From an uncultured delta proteobacterium (lineage in GTDB: Bacteria > Myxococcota_A > Polyangia > Polyangiales > B10-G4), in contig CAVSGI010000006.1 of the NCBI GenBank assembly GCA_963727445.1, forward strand, positions 192,001 through 256,000: a stretch of 64,000 nucleotides of DNA, given 5' to 3'. The notes under the pieces were generated by a model. That model had not been told where the DNA came from, did not search any database, and saw nothing but the letters and a program-made list of their open reading frames with translations. The translations under genes were made by a program, and so were the position numbers. Of this stretch, positions 42,605-53,212 are shown piece by piece. Within the stretch, counting starts at the first letter, position 1; each line of letters starts with the position of its first letter.

Positions 42605-44296
42605 ATGTTCATCTGTCCCAGCTGTAAGTCGGGTTACGACTCGGGGGAGGCGTTCTGCCCCGAAGACGGTACGCGTCTGGTCTCTCAATCGCAGATCGCG
42701 ACGCACCCGATCACCAACGACCCGCTGGTGGGTGCCGTCCTCGCCGATCGGTGGAAGCTGGTTCGTCCCATCGGCGCGGGCGGCATGGGCGTGGTCTACG
42801 AAGCGCTTCACACCACGCTCGGCAAGCGCTGCGCCGTCAAGGTCCTGAGGGAGCAGGTCTCGCGTGACGCCGACGTGGTCCAACGCTTCCAGCGCGAAGC
42901 ACAGAGCGCGTCGCGCATCGGGCACGAGAACATCATCGAGATCATCGACTTCGGACTCACCCCCGGTGGCGCGAGCTACATGGTCATGGAGCTCCTCGAG
43001 GGACAAGACCTCGCGGACGTGCTCCTGCAGACCGGAGCGATGAAGCTGGAGCGCGCGATCCACATCCTGCTCCAGTGCTGCCGGGCGCTCGGCGCCGCAC
43101 ACGAAAAGGGCATCGTTCACCGCGACATCAAGCCGGAGAACGTCTTTTTGGTGGAACGGGACGAAGAGAAGGACTTCGTCAAGATCGTCGACTTCGGCAT
43201 CGCCAAGATCAACGACCTCGAGACCCCCGGCGCGCCCGGGCGAAAGCTGACCAAGACGGGGATGATCTTCGGCACCCCCGAATACATGTCGACCGAGCAG
43301 GCTTACGGTCGTCCCACCGACGAGCGCTCCGACGTCTACGGGCTGGGCGTGATCGCCTACGAGATGTTCACCGGCCGCGTCCCCTTCGAGGGGGAGACCT
43401 TCATGGCGGTGATCTCCCAGCACATGCTCGATCCGCCGCCGCCCTTCGCCCAGAAGAACCCCAGGGCGAAGGCGCCCCCGGAGCTCGAGGCCATCGTCCT
43501 CGCCACCATGGCCAAGGATCCTGCCGATCGGCCGCAGTCGATGTCGGAGCTGCACGACCAGCTGCTGACCTTCGCGACCGAGGCGGGGATCACCGACGCG
43601 CTCCCCGAGCGCCTCACCAACGTGTCCTTCTCCCACATGCCGCCGCCGATGGTGCGCACGGAGGCGGAGGCTTCTCCGGTCCAGGCGCGACCCACGCCGC
43701 GGCGCAGGGATCTGACGCCGGGGATCCTCACCCTCGAGGACGAGCCCGAGCGTCCGCCCAGCGTGGCCGCGGGTCCCCCCTGGGGCGCCATCGTCGCGGT
43801 GGCCGTCGTGCTCTTCGGCGGCTTCGGCGCGCTGGCGATGACGCGCCCCGACATCCTCGGGATGGGGGAGGAGGGGGCACGAGACGCAGCGGTCGGGAGC
43901 GTGCCACCCGTGGCGCCCGTGAGCGACACGGCCCAGGTCGACGACGCGCCGCAGATTCCGTCCACCGCCAATCCCGCCACCGTGCGGATCCGCGTGAGCT
44001 CCGAGCCCGAGGGCGCGACGTTGCGGGTCGAAGGGCGAGAGCCGTGCGAGACGCCCTGTGACGTCGACCTCGTCCCGGGCGAACAGGTCACCTTCGCGTT
44101 CGAGCACGAGGGCCACATCACGACGCGCGACGACTACACCGTTCCAGATGAAGACGATGAGCTGACGGTGCCGCTCGAGGAGCCGCCGCCTTCTTCACAT
44201 CCGCGTCGCGGGCGGGGCTCGATGGGCTCTCGTATGCACGGCGTCGATCGCCTGCCCACGGAAAACACCAACCCGTCCACCGGCGATCTGCACTGA
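42605..44296 (+). CDS. Ser/Thr protein kinase with N-terminal Cys knuckle, TM and PEGA domain
   Basis: CPSC..FCPEDG, GAGGMGVVY, HRDIKPEN, DFGIAK, SSEPEGA..ETP. Confidence 0.95.
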   Translation: MFICPSCKSGYDSGEAFCPEDGTRLVSQSQIATHPITNDPLVGAVLADRWKLVRPIGAGGMGVVYEALHTTLGKRCAVKVLREQVSRDADVVQRFQREAQSASRIGHENIIEIIDFGLTPGGASYMVMELLEGQDLADVLLQTGAMKLERAIHILLQCCRALGAAHEKGIVHRDIKPENVFLVERDEEKDFVKIVDFGIAKINDLETPGAPGRKLTKTGMIFGTPEYMSTEQAYGRPTDERSDVYGLGVIAYEMFTGRVPFEGETFMAVISQHMLDPPPPFAQKNPRAKAPPELEAIVLATMAKDPADRPQSMSELHDQLLTFATEAGITDALPERLTNVSFSHMPPPMVRTEAEASPVQARPTPRRRDLTPGILTLEDEPERPPSVAAGPPWGAIVAVAVVLFGGFGALAMTRPDILGMGEEGARDAAVGSVPPVAPVSDTAQVDDAPQIPSTANPATVRIRVSSEPEGATLRVEGREPCETPCDVDLVPGEQVTFAFEHEGHITTRDDYTVPDEDDELTVPLEEPPPSSHPRRGRGSMGSRMHGVDRLPTENTNPSTGDLH

Positions 44297-44298
44297 GC

Positions 44299-45261
44299 TC
44301 AACGCAGTTGGCGAATCGTGCGCGAGAGCGCGGCGAAGCGCGGCTCCCACTCCTCGGCCCGCTCGGGCGCCACCATCGCCGTCAGGAGCACCGGGCCGAC
44401 ATCCAGAAACGTCACGGCCGCGTGTGCGAAGAGCACCCCGCCGTCGGGCATGTGGTGCTCACCGGCGCGCTCGCATCCCCACCCACTGTCGAGGTCGAGC
44501 ATCTGTGGCTCCTCCATCGCCCCAGAGAGCACGCCCGCTCGTTCGATCACCGCCGCGCACGCATCGAGCGATGGCTCGGCGGGCGCCTCTTCCGTGAGCG
44601 GCAACAAGAACGCCATCGGGACGCCAGCGGGCGGCGGGAAGCTCACGCCTCCTTCGGTGAGGGCGACCGCACCGAGGCTCTGTCAATCAGGGGCCATCCC
44701 CTCCGCGGGACCGAAGCCGAGGCCGATCGCCTCGCTCGGAGAGAGCGGGGTGCTCGCGTCCCAGTGCACGCTCATCAGGCTCGCGGTGGCGAGGCGCTCC
44801 AGCGACTCGTCGTCGGCGTCGCGGTAGGTGCACAACAGCGCGAGGGCGCGGGTGCCGCGTTCGGTCAGGAGCCACACGCGCGCCATGGCACCGGCCGGGC
44901 CCGGCAGGACGTCGCGACCCAGGGTGGCTGGGAGCGCGCCGTCGAGGACGACCTGACGACGCCGGCCTTCGCTCCCGCCGGGGAAGATCCCTTCACGAAA
45001 CGCGCGTCGCGCCGCGGCGTCGCCGTCGGCGATCGCGACCACGAAGGTCATGTCGCGCGCCGGCACGTCCACTCCGGGACCGAGAGGGAGCAGCGACGCG
45101 CCTTCGGGAGGCTCGAAGCTCACGCCGGAGCCGGGGATGGTCATCCTCGAACCGAGGGCGCTCCCGGTCGCTTCTTCTTCCCTCGCGCTTCGGCGCGGGC
45201 GCGGTCCCCCACAGGCGATGACGAAGAGGAGCGACGTCGCGATGAGGGTCCAGGGTCTCAT
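44299..45261 (-). CDS. Hypothetical lipoprotein interrupted by one in-frame TGA (44683-44685)
   Basis: Lipobox VIACGG; ORFs 44683-45261 and 44299-44646 are in the same frame with only the TGA between them. Confidence 0.6.
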
Positions 45262-45267
45262 GTGCGC

Positions 45268-45663
45268 CTATTCATGCGGCAGGAGCTGGGGCGCGACGCT
45301 CAAGCGGGCGGCGCAGCGTCCCTCGTGGCACAGGCAGCCGCCGCCGCAGTCGAGGGTGCCATACCGGCACTCCTGGGTGCACATGGTGTCCTCGCAGCTC
45401 GGCGCATCGTCGGCGGCGACGCAGCTGGCGGCGTGGCAGCAGCCGGAGGGCACACAGTCTTCGTCGGTTTCGCAGGCGTCCTCCGACAGCACGAGCTCGC
45501 CCTCACGAGGCTCGGCGGCGGGAGGCTCCTCGGCCGGGTCGGGCTCCTCCGGAGGTGCAGACGCTTCGACGACCACCGGCTGGCCGGGATCGGTGTCCTG
45601 GGTGGCCCCGCACCCGGGGGTGAGGGCGACGATCAGGGCTGCGAGGAGAAGCAGAGGCGCCAT
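45268..45663 (-). CDS. Small lipoprotein with a 12-Cys domain
   Basis: LTPGC lipobox, Pro/Glu linker, CETDEDCVPSGCCHAASC..CLCHEGRC. Confidence 0.85.
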   Translation of the reverse strand: MAPLLLLAALIVALTPGCGATQDTDPGQPVVVEASAPPEEPDPAEEPPAAEPREGELVLSEDACETDEDCVPSGCCHAASCVAADDAPSCEDTMCTQECRYGTLDCGGGCLCHEGRCAARLSVAPQLLPHE

Positions 45664-45736
45664 GGCGTGCTTCAATAAGTGGTTATGTGAGCGATCGCAA
45701 GAGCGGGCGGGCGGAGGTAGATCCCTTCCGTCGACG

Positions 45737-47362
45737 ATGCGTCACGTGAGGTCCACGGTGGTTCTTCGCATGTTCAGGGTCACGATGACGGCGGTCGCCC
45801 TCGCGGGACTGACGTCGTCGAGCGCCAGCGCGTTCTCCGGCTTCTACGTGAGTGAGGCCGAGGCGCCGCTCTTCAGTGACGCCAGCGTCGTGGTCCTGAT
45901 GCGGGACGGGACACGGACGGTCCTGTCGATGCAGAACCACTACGACGGCCCCCCGGAGGACTTCGCCATGGTGGTCCCGGTGCCGGCCGTCCTCGAGGAA
46001 GACGACGTGAGGGTCCTCGGCAGGGAGGTCTTCGCGCGGGTGGACGGCCTCTCCGCCCCGCGGCTGGTCGAGTACTGGGAACAGGATCCTTGTCCCCTCG
46101 CGCTCGACGAAGAAGAAGACTCGGAGCCGTCGCCCGTCGCCGCTGGCGCGGTCGATTGAACAGAGATGGCTGCGGACGAGGACTACGACGAACCGACCGG
46201 CGTCCGGGTCGAGGCGCGCTTCGCGGTGGGCGAGTATGACGTCGTCGTCCTCGGCGCCGAGGAATCGATGGGACTCGACCGCTGGTTGCGGACCCGCGGT
46301 TACCACATCCCCGACGGCGCGGAGGGCGTGCTCAGGCCCTACCTCCAGGCAGGGATGAAGTTCCTGGTCGCCAAGGTCGACGTGCGGCGGGTGCGGCGCT
46401 CCGGGGGACGGGTCGTCCTGTCGCCGCTGCGCTTCCACTACGACAGCGACGAGGTGGCGCTGCCTCTGCGCCTGGGGCTGTTGAGCTCCCGCGAGGTGCA
46501 GGATCTGATCGTCGTCGTGGCGGCCCGGGGCGTTCGCTACGAAGCCGCCAACTACGACAACTACGCCATCCCCACCAACCTCGACGTGACCGCCGCGACC
46601 AGCGAGAGCTTCGGTGCGTTCTACGCATCGCTCTTCGACCGAATGCTCGCGCTCCATCCGCGCTCGGTGATCACCGAGTATGCGTGGGCCGCCGGGAGCT
46701 GCGATCCGTGCCCGACGCCACCACTCACCGAGGACGAGTTGGTGGCGCTCGGTGGCGACGTCATTCCGAGTTACGCGGATGACGTGGAAGCCGGAGAGGT
46801 TCCCTTCTCCTTCGTGAACGACTTCGTGCTCACGCGTCTTCACTTTCGCTACTCCTTTGACACCCTCCGCGAGGATCTCGTGTTGCGTCCGGCACCACCC
46901 ATTCACGGCGGAACCGGGATGCCGGGGCGCGCGGGCGAGCTGGACAAGGGCGTGGGCGTCAGCAGTCGCAACGCCTACCAGGGTCGCTACGTCATCCGTC
47001 ATCCATGGGAGGGCGCGACCCCGTGCGAGGCGCCGCGGCGCGGTGTCTGGGGTGGCCCGCCGGGGAGCGGCCACTACGCGAGCCTCGGTCCGATCCAATC
47101 GGCTACCGACGCCGCCTTCGCGCCGCGGGGCGCGGTCGAGCTCTTCGCCCACCTGTCTCGGGACGTGCCCGCCCTCTCGTCGACGGCCGCAGCGAGCACG
47201 CTTCCGAGTGGGCCGGTCGCGCTCCCCCCGGTGCGTCGCACGTCGCGTGGCGGTTGCGCGAGCTGCTCGTCGACGGACGCCGGCGGTGAGCTCGCGCTCC
47301 TGTCGTTGCTCATGGGCGGCGTCGTTTTCGCGCGCCGGTCGCGTCGAAACGCGCGCCGGTGA
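45737..47362 (+). CDS. DUF2330 family protein with MYXO-CTERM-like tail, interrupted by in-frame TGA (46157-46159)
   Basis: FSGFYV, TVLSMQNHYDGPPEDFAMVVPVP, EYWEQDPC, then VGEYDVVVL, VITEYAW, SCDPC, VLTRLH; tail GGCASC-TM-RRSRR. Confidence 0.85.
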
Positions 47363-47674
47363 GGACGAAGATCGGCGCCGCGATCTCTTTCTCCGTCCCC
47401 GACGTCGCACGGGTCTTGCTTGCGGAAGCTCTGCGAAACGTGAGGCGGTGACGTGCGCTTGCGGAGGAGGCAAGAACCGATCCCGAAAAAGCGCTTTGAC
47501 GTTCAGAGCAGGCCCGGTGTCGCGCATGCGGGCAGGTGTTCGGGTGAAAGAGAAGCGAGCACATCTTCGAACACTGTGCGGCGCCGGATGGCGATGTGAT
47601 CGAGTTGCGCACATCCGCGCACCGAACTTCGTGGGGCGTCTCCCGGTAGTCATCAACGCGTGTATTCTGATGAC

Positions 47675-49066
47675 ATGAGGCTGATCCCCGTTTCCCTCCT
47701 GGCCGTGTCTTTGGCGCTCCTCGCTGGTTGTAGCGGCGACGGATCCGTCGGGAGCGCCGAAGAGCTCACAGCGGCTCTCGGTTCTGCGAGCGCAGGCGAC
47801 ACCATTCGTCTGACGGCGGGCGAATTTCGCGGCTCCTTCGACGTTCCCGCGGGCGTGACTCTCAGTGGCGAAGGCGTGGGTGCGACGCGGATCATCGGTC
47901 CGTCGGACATGCACGCGCTCAGCCTCGCACCGGGTGCCACCGTCGCGACGCGCGTGGAAAACCTCTCGGTCGATGCGTCGGGCGAGTTCGGTGTGGTCGC
48001 GATCGGCTCGGGCGAAGTCGCCATCGAGAACGCCGAAGTGCGCGTTCCCACGAATGGCGCTGGCATCGGCGTCGAGTCGCTCAGCGCGCTCCGCTTGAGC
48101 AACGTTCAGGTCACGGGTCCGGTGACGGAGGCGAACGCCGACGGCATGCCTCTCGAGCCCACCATCGCCGACTCGGCTACCTACGGCGTGGTCGCGGTGT
48201 CGGTCATGACCTTCGAGGCGAACGACGTCACCGTCGGCGGCTTCGCCTACGTCGGCGTGCTCACGGTGAGCACCAACGTCACCTGGAACGACGGTAGCGT
48301 GATGAGCAATCTCGGCACGGGCCTGCTCATCCATGGCGGCACGGCCGAGCTCAACAACGCGCAGATCGACACGGCTCTGCAGGGAACTCGCCTCATCCCC
48401 GCTTACAACGCGGTCTTCGCGGGCAACGCGGACGTGACCACCAACGGTATCGAGCTGTCCAACGGTGGCGGCTACGGCATCCTGCAGTCCGAGGCGACGG
48501 CGACCCACAACGACCTGGTCGCTCTCGACAACTCGAACGCGGCCCTCTGGGTTCAGAACAGCACCGGCTTCTCGCTCACCAACGGCATGCTCAGCGGCAA
48601 CGGGATGGCTGGTGTGGTCGCCCTGGAGTCGAGCGAGATCTCGGTCAGTCAGTCCGACATCGACAGCACGCAGCTGATGACCCGTATCGTGGGCACCATG
48701 CCGGTCATGGTGGGTGACGGCGTCCATCTGCTTGGCTCGACCACCAACATCACCCTCGACCAGCTCGGCCTGACCGACAACAGTCGCGTCGGTGTCCTCT
48801 TCGATCTGGAGGGGGCGGACTTCAGCGGCATCGACGTGGTGTCGGTAGACGTGAGCGGTGGCGGCGAGTACGGCGCCATCGCGCAGGACGGAACGATTCC
48901 GGCGGATTGGGACGCGAACGTGACCCGAGATGCCGTGCTCGAGGCCAGTGACTCGGCCTTCAGCGGCACCCTTCAGACCGTTGGCATCGTGGGTCCGAGT
49001 GACATGCCGGCCGTCAACGCGGTGCTCGCCAGCGGGATCGCCGGCATCGTGGGTCCGAGCGACTGA
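47675..49066 (+). CDS. Right-handed beta-helix lipoprotein
   Basis: LLAGC lipobox, AGDTIRL..GVTLSGEG, repeated N-x-G-x-G-hydrophobic rungs. Confidence 0.85.
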   Translation: MRLIPVSLLAVSLALLAGCSGDGSVGSAEELTAALGSASAGDTIRLTAGEFRGSFDVPAGVTLSGEGVGATRIIGPSDMHALSLAPGATVATRVENLSVDASGEFGVVAIGSGEVAIENAEVRVPTNGAGIGVESLSALRLSNVQVTGPVTEANADGMPLEPTIADSATYGVVAVSVMTFEANDVTVGGFAYVGVLTVSTNVTWNDGSVMSNLGTGLLIHGGTAELNNAQIDTALQGTRLIPAYNAVFAGNADVTTNGIELSNGGGYGILQSEATATHNDLVALDNSNAALWVQNSTGFSLTNGMLSGNGMAGVVALESSEISVSQSDIDSTQLMTRIVGTMPVMVGDGVHLLGSTTNITLDQLGLTDNSRVGVLFDLEGADFSGIDVVSVDVSGGGEYGAIAQDGTIPADWDANVTRDAVLEASDSAFSGTLQTVGIVGPSDMPAVNAVLASGIAGIVGPSD

Positions 49067-49091
49067 GTCGCCATCGGGCGGGGAGCGGGGC

Positions 49092-49130
49092 AAGGCCCGG
49101 TCTGGTGAGGCAGACCGGGCCTTCTTTTCT
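49092..49130 (+). terminator. Intrinsic terminator between convergent genes
   Basis: 13-bp stem aaggcccggtctg/cagaccgggcctt followed by cttttct. Confidence 0.85.
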
Positions 49131-49136
49131 CGTCCG

Positions 49137-52100
49137 CTATCCGAGGTCGCCGGTCAAGAGCGCCTTGTGCGCGGGCACGTCGTTCATGAAGCGGGCGCGG
49201 ACCTTCTCGTCACCGATGCGCTGGCCGATGTACTGCAAGCGCTCGAGGCCCCGCTCGACGACCCGCTTGGACTCTTCGTCCCGGCCTGCCGCGGCGAGCG
49301 CCTTCGCGTGTGCGAGGAAGACCTCCGCCTCGTCCTCTTCGATGCTGCTGAGCTCGTCGCGGCCCGTCATGGCCTGGGTCGAGGCCGCGAGCGCCATCTC
49401 GATATCGCCCTCGTGGAGTCGCACCAGCGCCGCGATGGCCAGCGCCGTGACACGAAGGGCCGCCATCCCGGCCTTGCCCGCTTCGTGAGCGAGCCGGCTG
49501 GCCTCCTCGGCCAGGCCGGCAGAGCGCTCCGGGTCCGCCACCGCCTGCAAGAGGATGCGCGCCCGATAGAGGCGCAGCGTGAGCATGAGCCGCGGGTCCT
49601 CCTGGACGTGGGGCAGGGCACGGGCCTCCTCGATGGTCCGGAGGGCCTGGTCGATGCGCCCCAGCATGCCGAGGGCGTAGGCGAGGTTGAGCAGGGCGTA
49701 GCTCTCACCCAGGCGGTTGCCGACCTGGCGGCAGCCGTCGAGGGCGTCGCGCAGAGCGCGCTCCGCCTCGTCGTAGGCGCCGACGCGGTTGTAGGTGTCG
49801 GCCAGGTTCGACTCGTTGGCGGCGGCGCGACGCACGTCGCCCGTCTTGCGGAAGAGCTCCGCGGCTTGGGCGAAGGCGTGCTCGCGCTGCCCCAGGTCGC
49901 CCAGGGCGGCCGCGAGGTGTGCCTGCGCCTCGACCACGAAGGCGCGTGTGTGGGGGCTGAGGTCGTCGAGAAGGGGCTCGGTCTGGTTGAGGACGATCTG
50001 GGCGCCATCGAGCTTGCCCGTGTAGACCAGGGCCTGGACCTGGCGAACCCGGGCGAAGGCGCGAAGCTCGGGGTCGCCCACCCGATCGGCGTTCTCCACG
50101 CCCTCGGCCGCGACCTCCGCCGCGTCGTCGAGGCGACTGGTGCGCATGAGCCAGGTGGCCTGCGCGATCATCACGCGCGCGCGCTCCCGGTCTCCGGGCG
50201 CGGCGTGGAGCGCCTCCGCCAACTCGAGCCCCTGCTCGTCGCGGCGTCCGAGGAACCCGAGCGCCTCGGCCTTCGCCATGTGCAGCGGGAAGATCTGCTC
50301 CGGCGGCGGGCCCAGCGCCTCGGCGCGCTGACCGCAGCGAAGCACCGTCGCGTTGTCGCCGCGTCGCGCAGCATCGAGGGCCGCGTTCACGTAATGGCGC
50401 GCAGCGAGCTCGGGCTCGTGGCCACGCTCGTAGTGGATGGCGATCTCCTCGGCCGGGCTGCCTTCGGTGTTGCCGAGGAAGCGCGCAGCGCGGCGGTGGA
50501 GCTCGCGCCGCAGCTCGTCCGAGAGCATGCGGTAGGCGACGTCGGCGACGAGCGTGCTGCGGAAACGGTGCTCGCGCGGGGTTCCGTCCGGCGGGCGGGG
50601 GCCCGCCACCATCAGACCGCGGCGCCGGAGGGAGCCGAGGAGGCGGTCGGCGCCGGCGCTGCCGAGGGCCTCGACCTCGGGGCCGACGAAGGGGCGTCCG
50701 AAGAGCGAGGCGCGCTTGCAGAGGTCCTTTTCGGGCCCCGGGAGATGGTCGAGGCGCGACTGCACGGCGGCCTCGACGCTCCGCGGCAGCGGGAGGCGGT
50801 CGGGGGTGTTGTCGAGGAGCCCGTCCTCGGCGAGCACGCGGATGATCTGCTCGACGAAGAGCGGGTTGCCGCCGGACCGCTCCGCCACCGCTTCCACCAC
50901 CTCGCGGGAGATGGCGCGACCGACCAGGGTTTCGGCGAGCTGCGCCACGTCCTTCACGGACAGACGCGGCAGGTCCAGACGCACCGCGTCGTGCCGCGAG
51001 AACAGGCGCGGGCGGGTGTCGGCGATCTCCGGGCGCGCAGTGAGGAGGATGAGCAGCGGATACTCGGCGGCGCGATCCGTCAGGCCTTCGAGGATCTCCA
51101 TCGAGGCGGGGTCGGACCACTGCAGATCTTCGAAGATGAGGACAAGGGGGCCCTTGGCTGCGAGGGAGGTGAAGAACTCGAAGATGGCGGCTTGCAACTG
51201 ATCCGCCATCAGTCGCGCGTCGCTGAGCGCGGCGCTCAGCTCCTCGTTCTGCTCCATCGCGACACCGAGGAGCGAGCCCAGGAACGTCGCGCAGCGCGCC
51301 GCGTCGGTCTCGTCGGTGATGGCGTGCTTCACCAGGTTGAGCACCGCCCGTTGGCGCTCCTCCACGGGAGCGGCGGGATCCACCGACGGCCACCCGCGTG
51401 AGAGAGTTCCGGCGCGCGCGTAGGAGGTCAGGACGTTGGCGATGAGCGACAGGCTCGTCTCGCGCATCAGCGGCGCACCTCGACCGAGGAGCACCTCTGC
51501 GCCCTCGTCGAAGTCGTCGACCATGCGCTCGAGCTCGTAGCGCATGCGGCTCTTGCCGGAGCCGGGAGGGCCGACGATGACCATCATCGAGCCGCGCTCC
51601 TCCTCGAGGCATTGCACGACGCTGCGCTTGAGCTGCGCGATCTCGACCTCGCGGCCGATGGTGGGCGTGGGCGGTGCTCCCTCGGGATCGAAGTCCGACT
51701 TCTCGGAGCCGAGGGTGAAGACGCCGGACTCCACCTCGTTCACCTCGAAGGTGCTCGAGAGCTGTCGCGCCGTCTCGCCCAGGACGACCACCCCGTCGAG
51801 GCGCCTGGCCGACGCGGCCTCCGCCTCGCGCACCGCCTCGCCCGACACGCCCCGCCCATCGCGCGTCGATGCGCGGCCCGAGGAGACGCTGATCCGTCCC
51901 GCGGTGCCGTGGCACATCAGCGCGGCGCGGGCTGCGCGCTCGACCTCGTCGCCCTCCCACGACTCGCCACCGAAGACGCCGATGGCTTTCTTTCCGAGGA
52001 GGGGGACGAAGACGCCGCCCTGGCCGAGCACCGCCTTCTCGATCGAACCGGCGTCGAGCACGTTCGCGGCGTAGAGCATCGCCACCACGCGCTTCTCGTC

Positions 52101-53027
52101 GACCGCGATGCCCGTGCTGGCGCGGGAGGGACGGCTCGGCAGGTCGGCGCGCGTGAGCAGGTCCGCGTCTCCGCCCCCGGGGATCTGGACCTCGAGCTCG
52201 CCGGTGGCCGCCGAAAGGTCGAGCTTCTCGAGGGCTTCGACCAGGGCGTTCATCGATGCCCAGCGTCCCTCGCGCGTCTTGCGCATCGCGCGGCTGACGA
52301 CCTCGATCAGTCGACGCGGCACGTGAGGCGCGATCGAGCGGATCGGACGCGGCTCGTCGAGGACCAAGGCCAGCATGGTGGCGACCGGGGAGTCGCGCTT
52401 GAAAGGCCGCCGGCCGGTGAGGCACTCGTAGAGGACGACGCCGAGCGCCCACACGTCGGCGCGCTCGTCGACATCCGGCTCCGCGCGCGCCTGCTCGGGC
52501 GCGAGGTACGCCGGAGTGCCCAGCACCTCCTTGTCGATCGTCAGCTCGGGCTCGACCTCTGCCCAACGCGCGATCCCGAAGTCCAGCACCTTCACCGAAC
52601 CGTCGTCGCAGATGTAGATGTTCGCGGGCTTGAGATCGCGATGGACGATGTCCATCTCATGCGCGGCGGCGACGCCATTGGCGGCGGCGATGATGACGTC
52701 CGCCGCCTCCGCCGGCTGCAACGGCCCGCGGCGCAAGCGCTCCTGGAGGCTTTCGCCCTCGAGGAGCTCGAAGGCGATCCACGGAGTCCCGTCGGCGTCG
52801 GTTCCGGTGTCTTTGACCTGGACGACGTTGGGGTGGTTGATCTGGATCGCCGCCTCGCGGGCAAAGCGGCGCAACATGTCGGGTCGGGTACGGGCCGGCA
52901 GCAGGACCTTCACCGCGGCCTCGTCACCCGATTCGGTGACGCAGTGATAGACGCACCCCATGCCGCCGCGGCCGATGACCTCTTTGACCGTATAGGGCCC
53001 GATGGACTGTCGTTCCTCTTCGTTCAA
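49137..53027 (-). CDS. Ser/Thr kinase-degenerate cyclase-STAND ATPase-TPR protein
   Basis: HRDLKPAN, DFG, GTPAYLAPE; EKRVVAML; GPPGSGKS, IFEDLQWSD, SGGNPLFVE; TPR-like C terminus. Start uncertain (frame open to 53150). Confidence 0.9.
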   Translation of the reverse strand: MNEEERQSIGPYTVKEVIGRGGMGCVYHCVTESGDEAAVKVLLPARTRPDMLRRFAREAAIQINHPNVVQVKDTGTDADGTPWIAFELLEGESLQERLRRGPLQPAEAADVIIAAANGVAAAHEMDIVHRDLKPANIYICDDGSVKVLDFGIARWAEVEPELTIDKEVLGTPAYLAPEQARAEPDVDERADVWALGVVLYECLTGRRPFKRDSPVATMLALVLDEPRPIRSIAPHVPRRLIEVVSRAMRKTREGRWASMNALVEALEKLDLSAATGELEVQIPGGGDADLLTRADLPSRPSRASTGIAVDEKRVVAMLYAANVLDAGSIEKAVLGQGGVFVPLLGKKAIGVFGGESWEGDEVERAARAALMCHGTAGRISVSSGRASTRDGRGVSGEAVREAEAASARRLDGVVVLGETARQLSSTFEVNEVESGVFTLGSEKSDFDPEGAPPTPTIGREVEIAQLKRSVVQCLEEERGSMMVIVGPPGSGKSRMRYELERMVDDFDEGAEVLLGRGAPLMRETSLSLIANVLTSYARAGTLSRGWPSVDPAAPVEERQRAVLNLVKHAITDETDAARCATFLGSLLGVAMEQNEELSAALSDARLMADQLQAAIFEFFTSLAAKGPLVLIFEDLQWSDPASMEILEGLTDRAAEYPLLILLTARPEIADTRPRLFSRHDAVRLDLPRLSVKDVAQLAETLVGRAISREVVEAVAERSGGNPLFVEQIIRVLAEDGLLDNTPDRLPLPRSVEAAVQSRLDHLPGPEKDLCKRASLFGRPFVGPEVEALGSAGADRLLGSLRRRGLMVAGPRPPDGTPREHRFRSTLVADVAYRMLSDELRRELHRRAARFLGNTEGSPAEEIAIHYERGHEPELAARHYVNAALDAARRGDNATVLRCGQRAEALGPPPEQIFPLHMAKAEALGFLGRRDEQGLELAEALHAAPGDRERARVMIAQATWLMRTSRLDDAAEVAAEGVENADRVGDPELRAFARVRQVQALVYTGKLDGAQIVLNQTEPLLDDLSPHTRAFVVEAQAHLAAALGDLGQREHAFAQAAELFRKTGDVRRAAANESNLADTYNRVGAYDEAERALRDALDGCRQVGNRLGESYALLNLAYALGMLGRIDQALRTIEEARALPHVQEDPRLMLTLRLYRARILLQAVADPERSAGLAEEASRLAHEAGKAGMAALRVTALAIAALVRLHEGDIEMALAASTQAMTGRDELSSIEEDEAEVFLAHAKALAAAGRDEESKRVVERGLERLQYIGQRIGDEKVRARFMNDVPAHKALLTGDLG

Positions 53028-53212
53028 AGCGCGTACAGCCCCGAGAAGATTAGGAAGGATACGACCCCGAGCGGTGGCGGGGAAGGGTGATTGCCTATGA
53101 ATTTGCTCGGGTTCCGTCCAGGCTCGGGCTCGGGCGGACGGGGTGGGCAAAGGAGGTCCAAAGGTCGCTTCGCCTTCTCAAGGAGGGGCCTCCGTAGCAA
53201 CATGGCCGCCGA

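Noticed and set aside
44650..46200. Selenocysteine recoding of the two in-frame TGAs
   Set aside because: Neither sits at a Cys-like catalytic position. Only the 44685 codon has a modest downstream hairpin (tcggtg/caccga), and there are no sel genes in the window.
47405..47420. Sigma54-like TCGCACGGGTCTTGCT
   Set aside because: Lacks the invariant GG at -24 and lies far from the next start codon.
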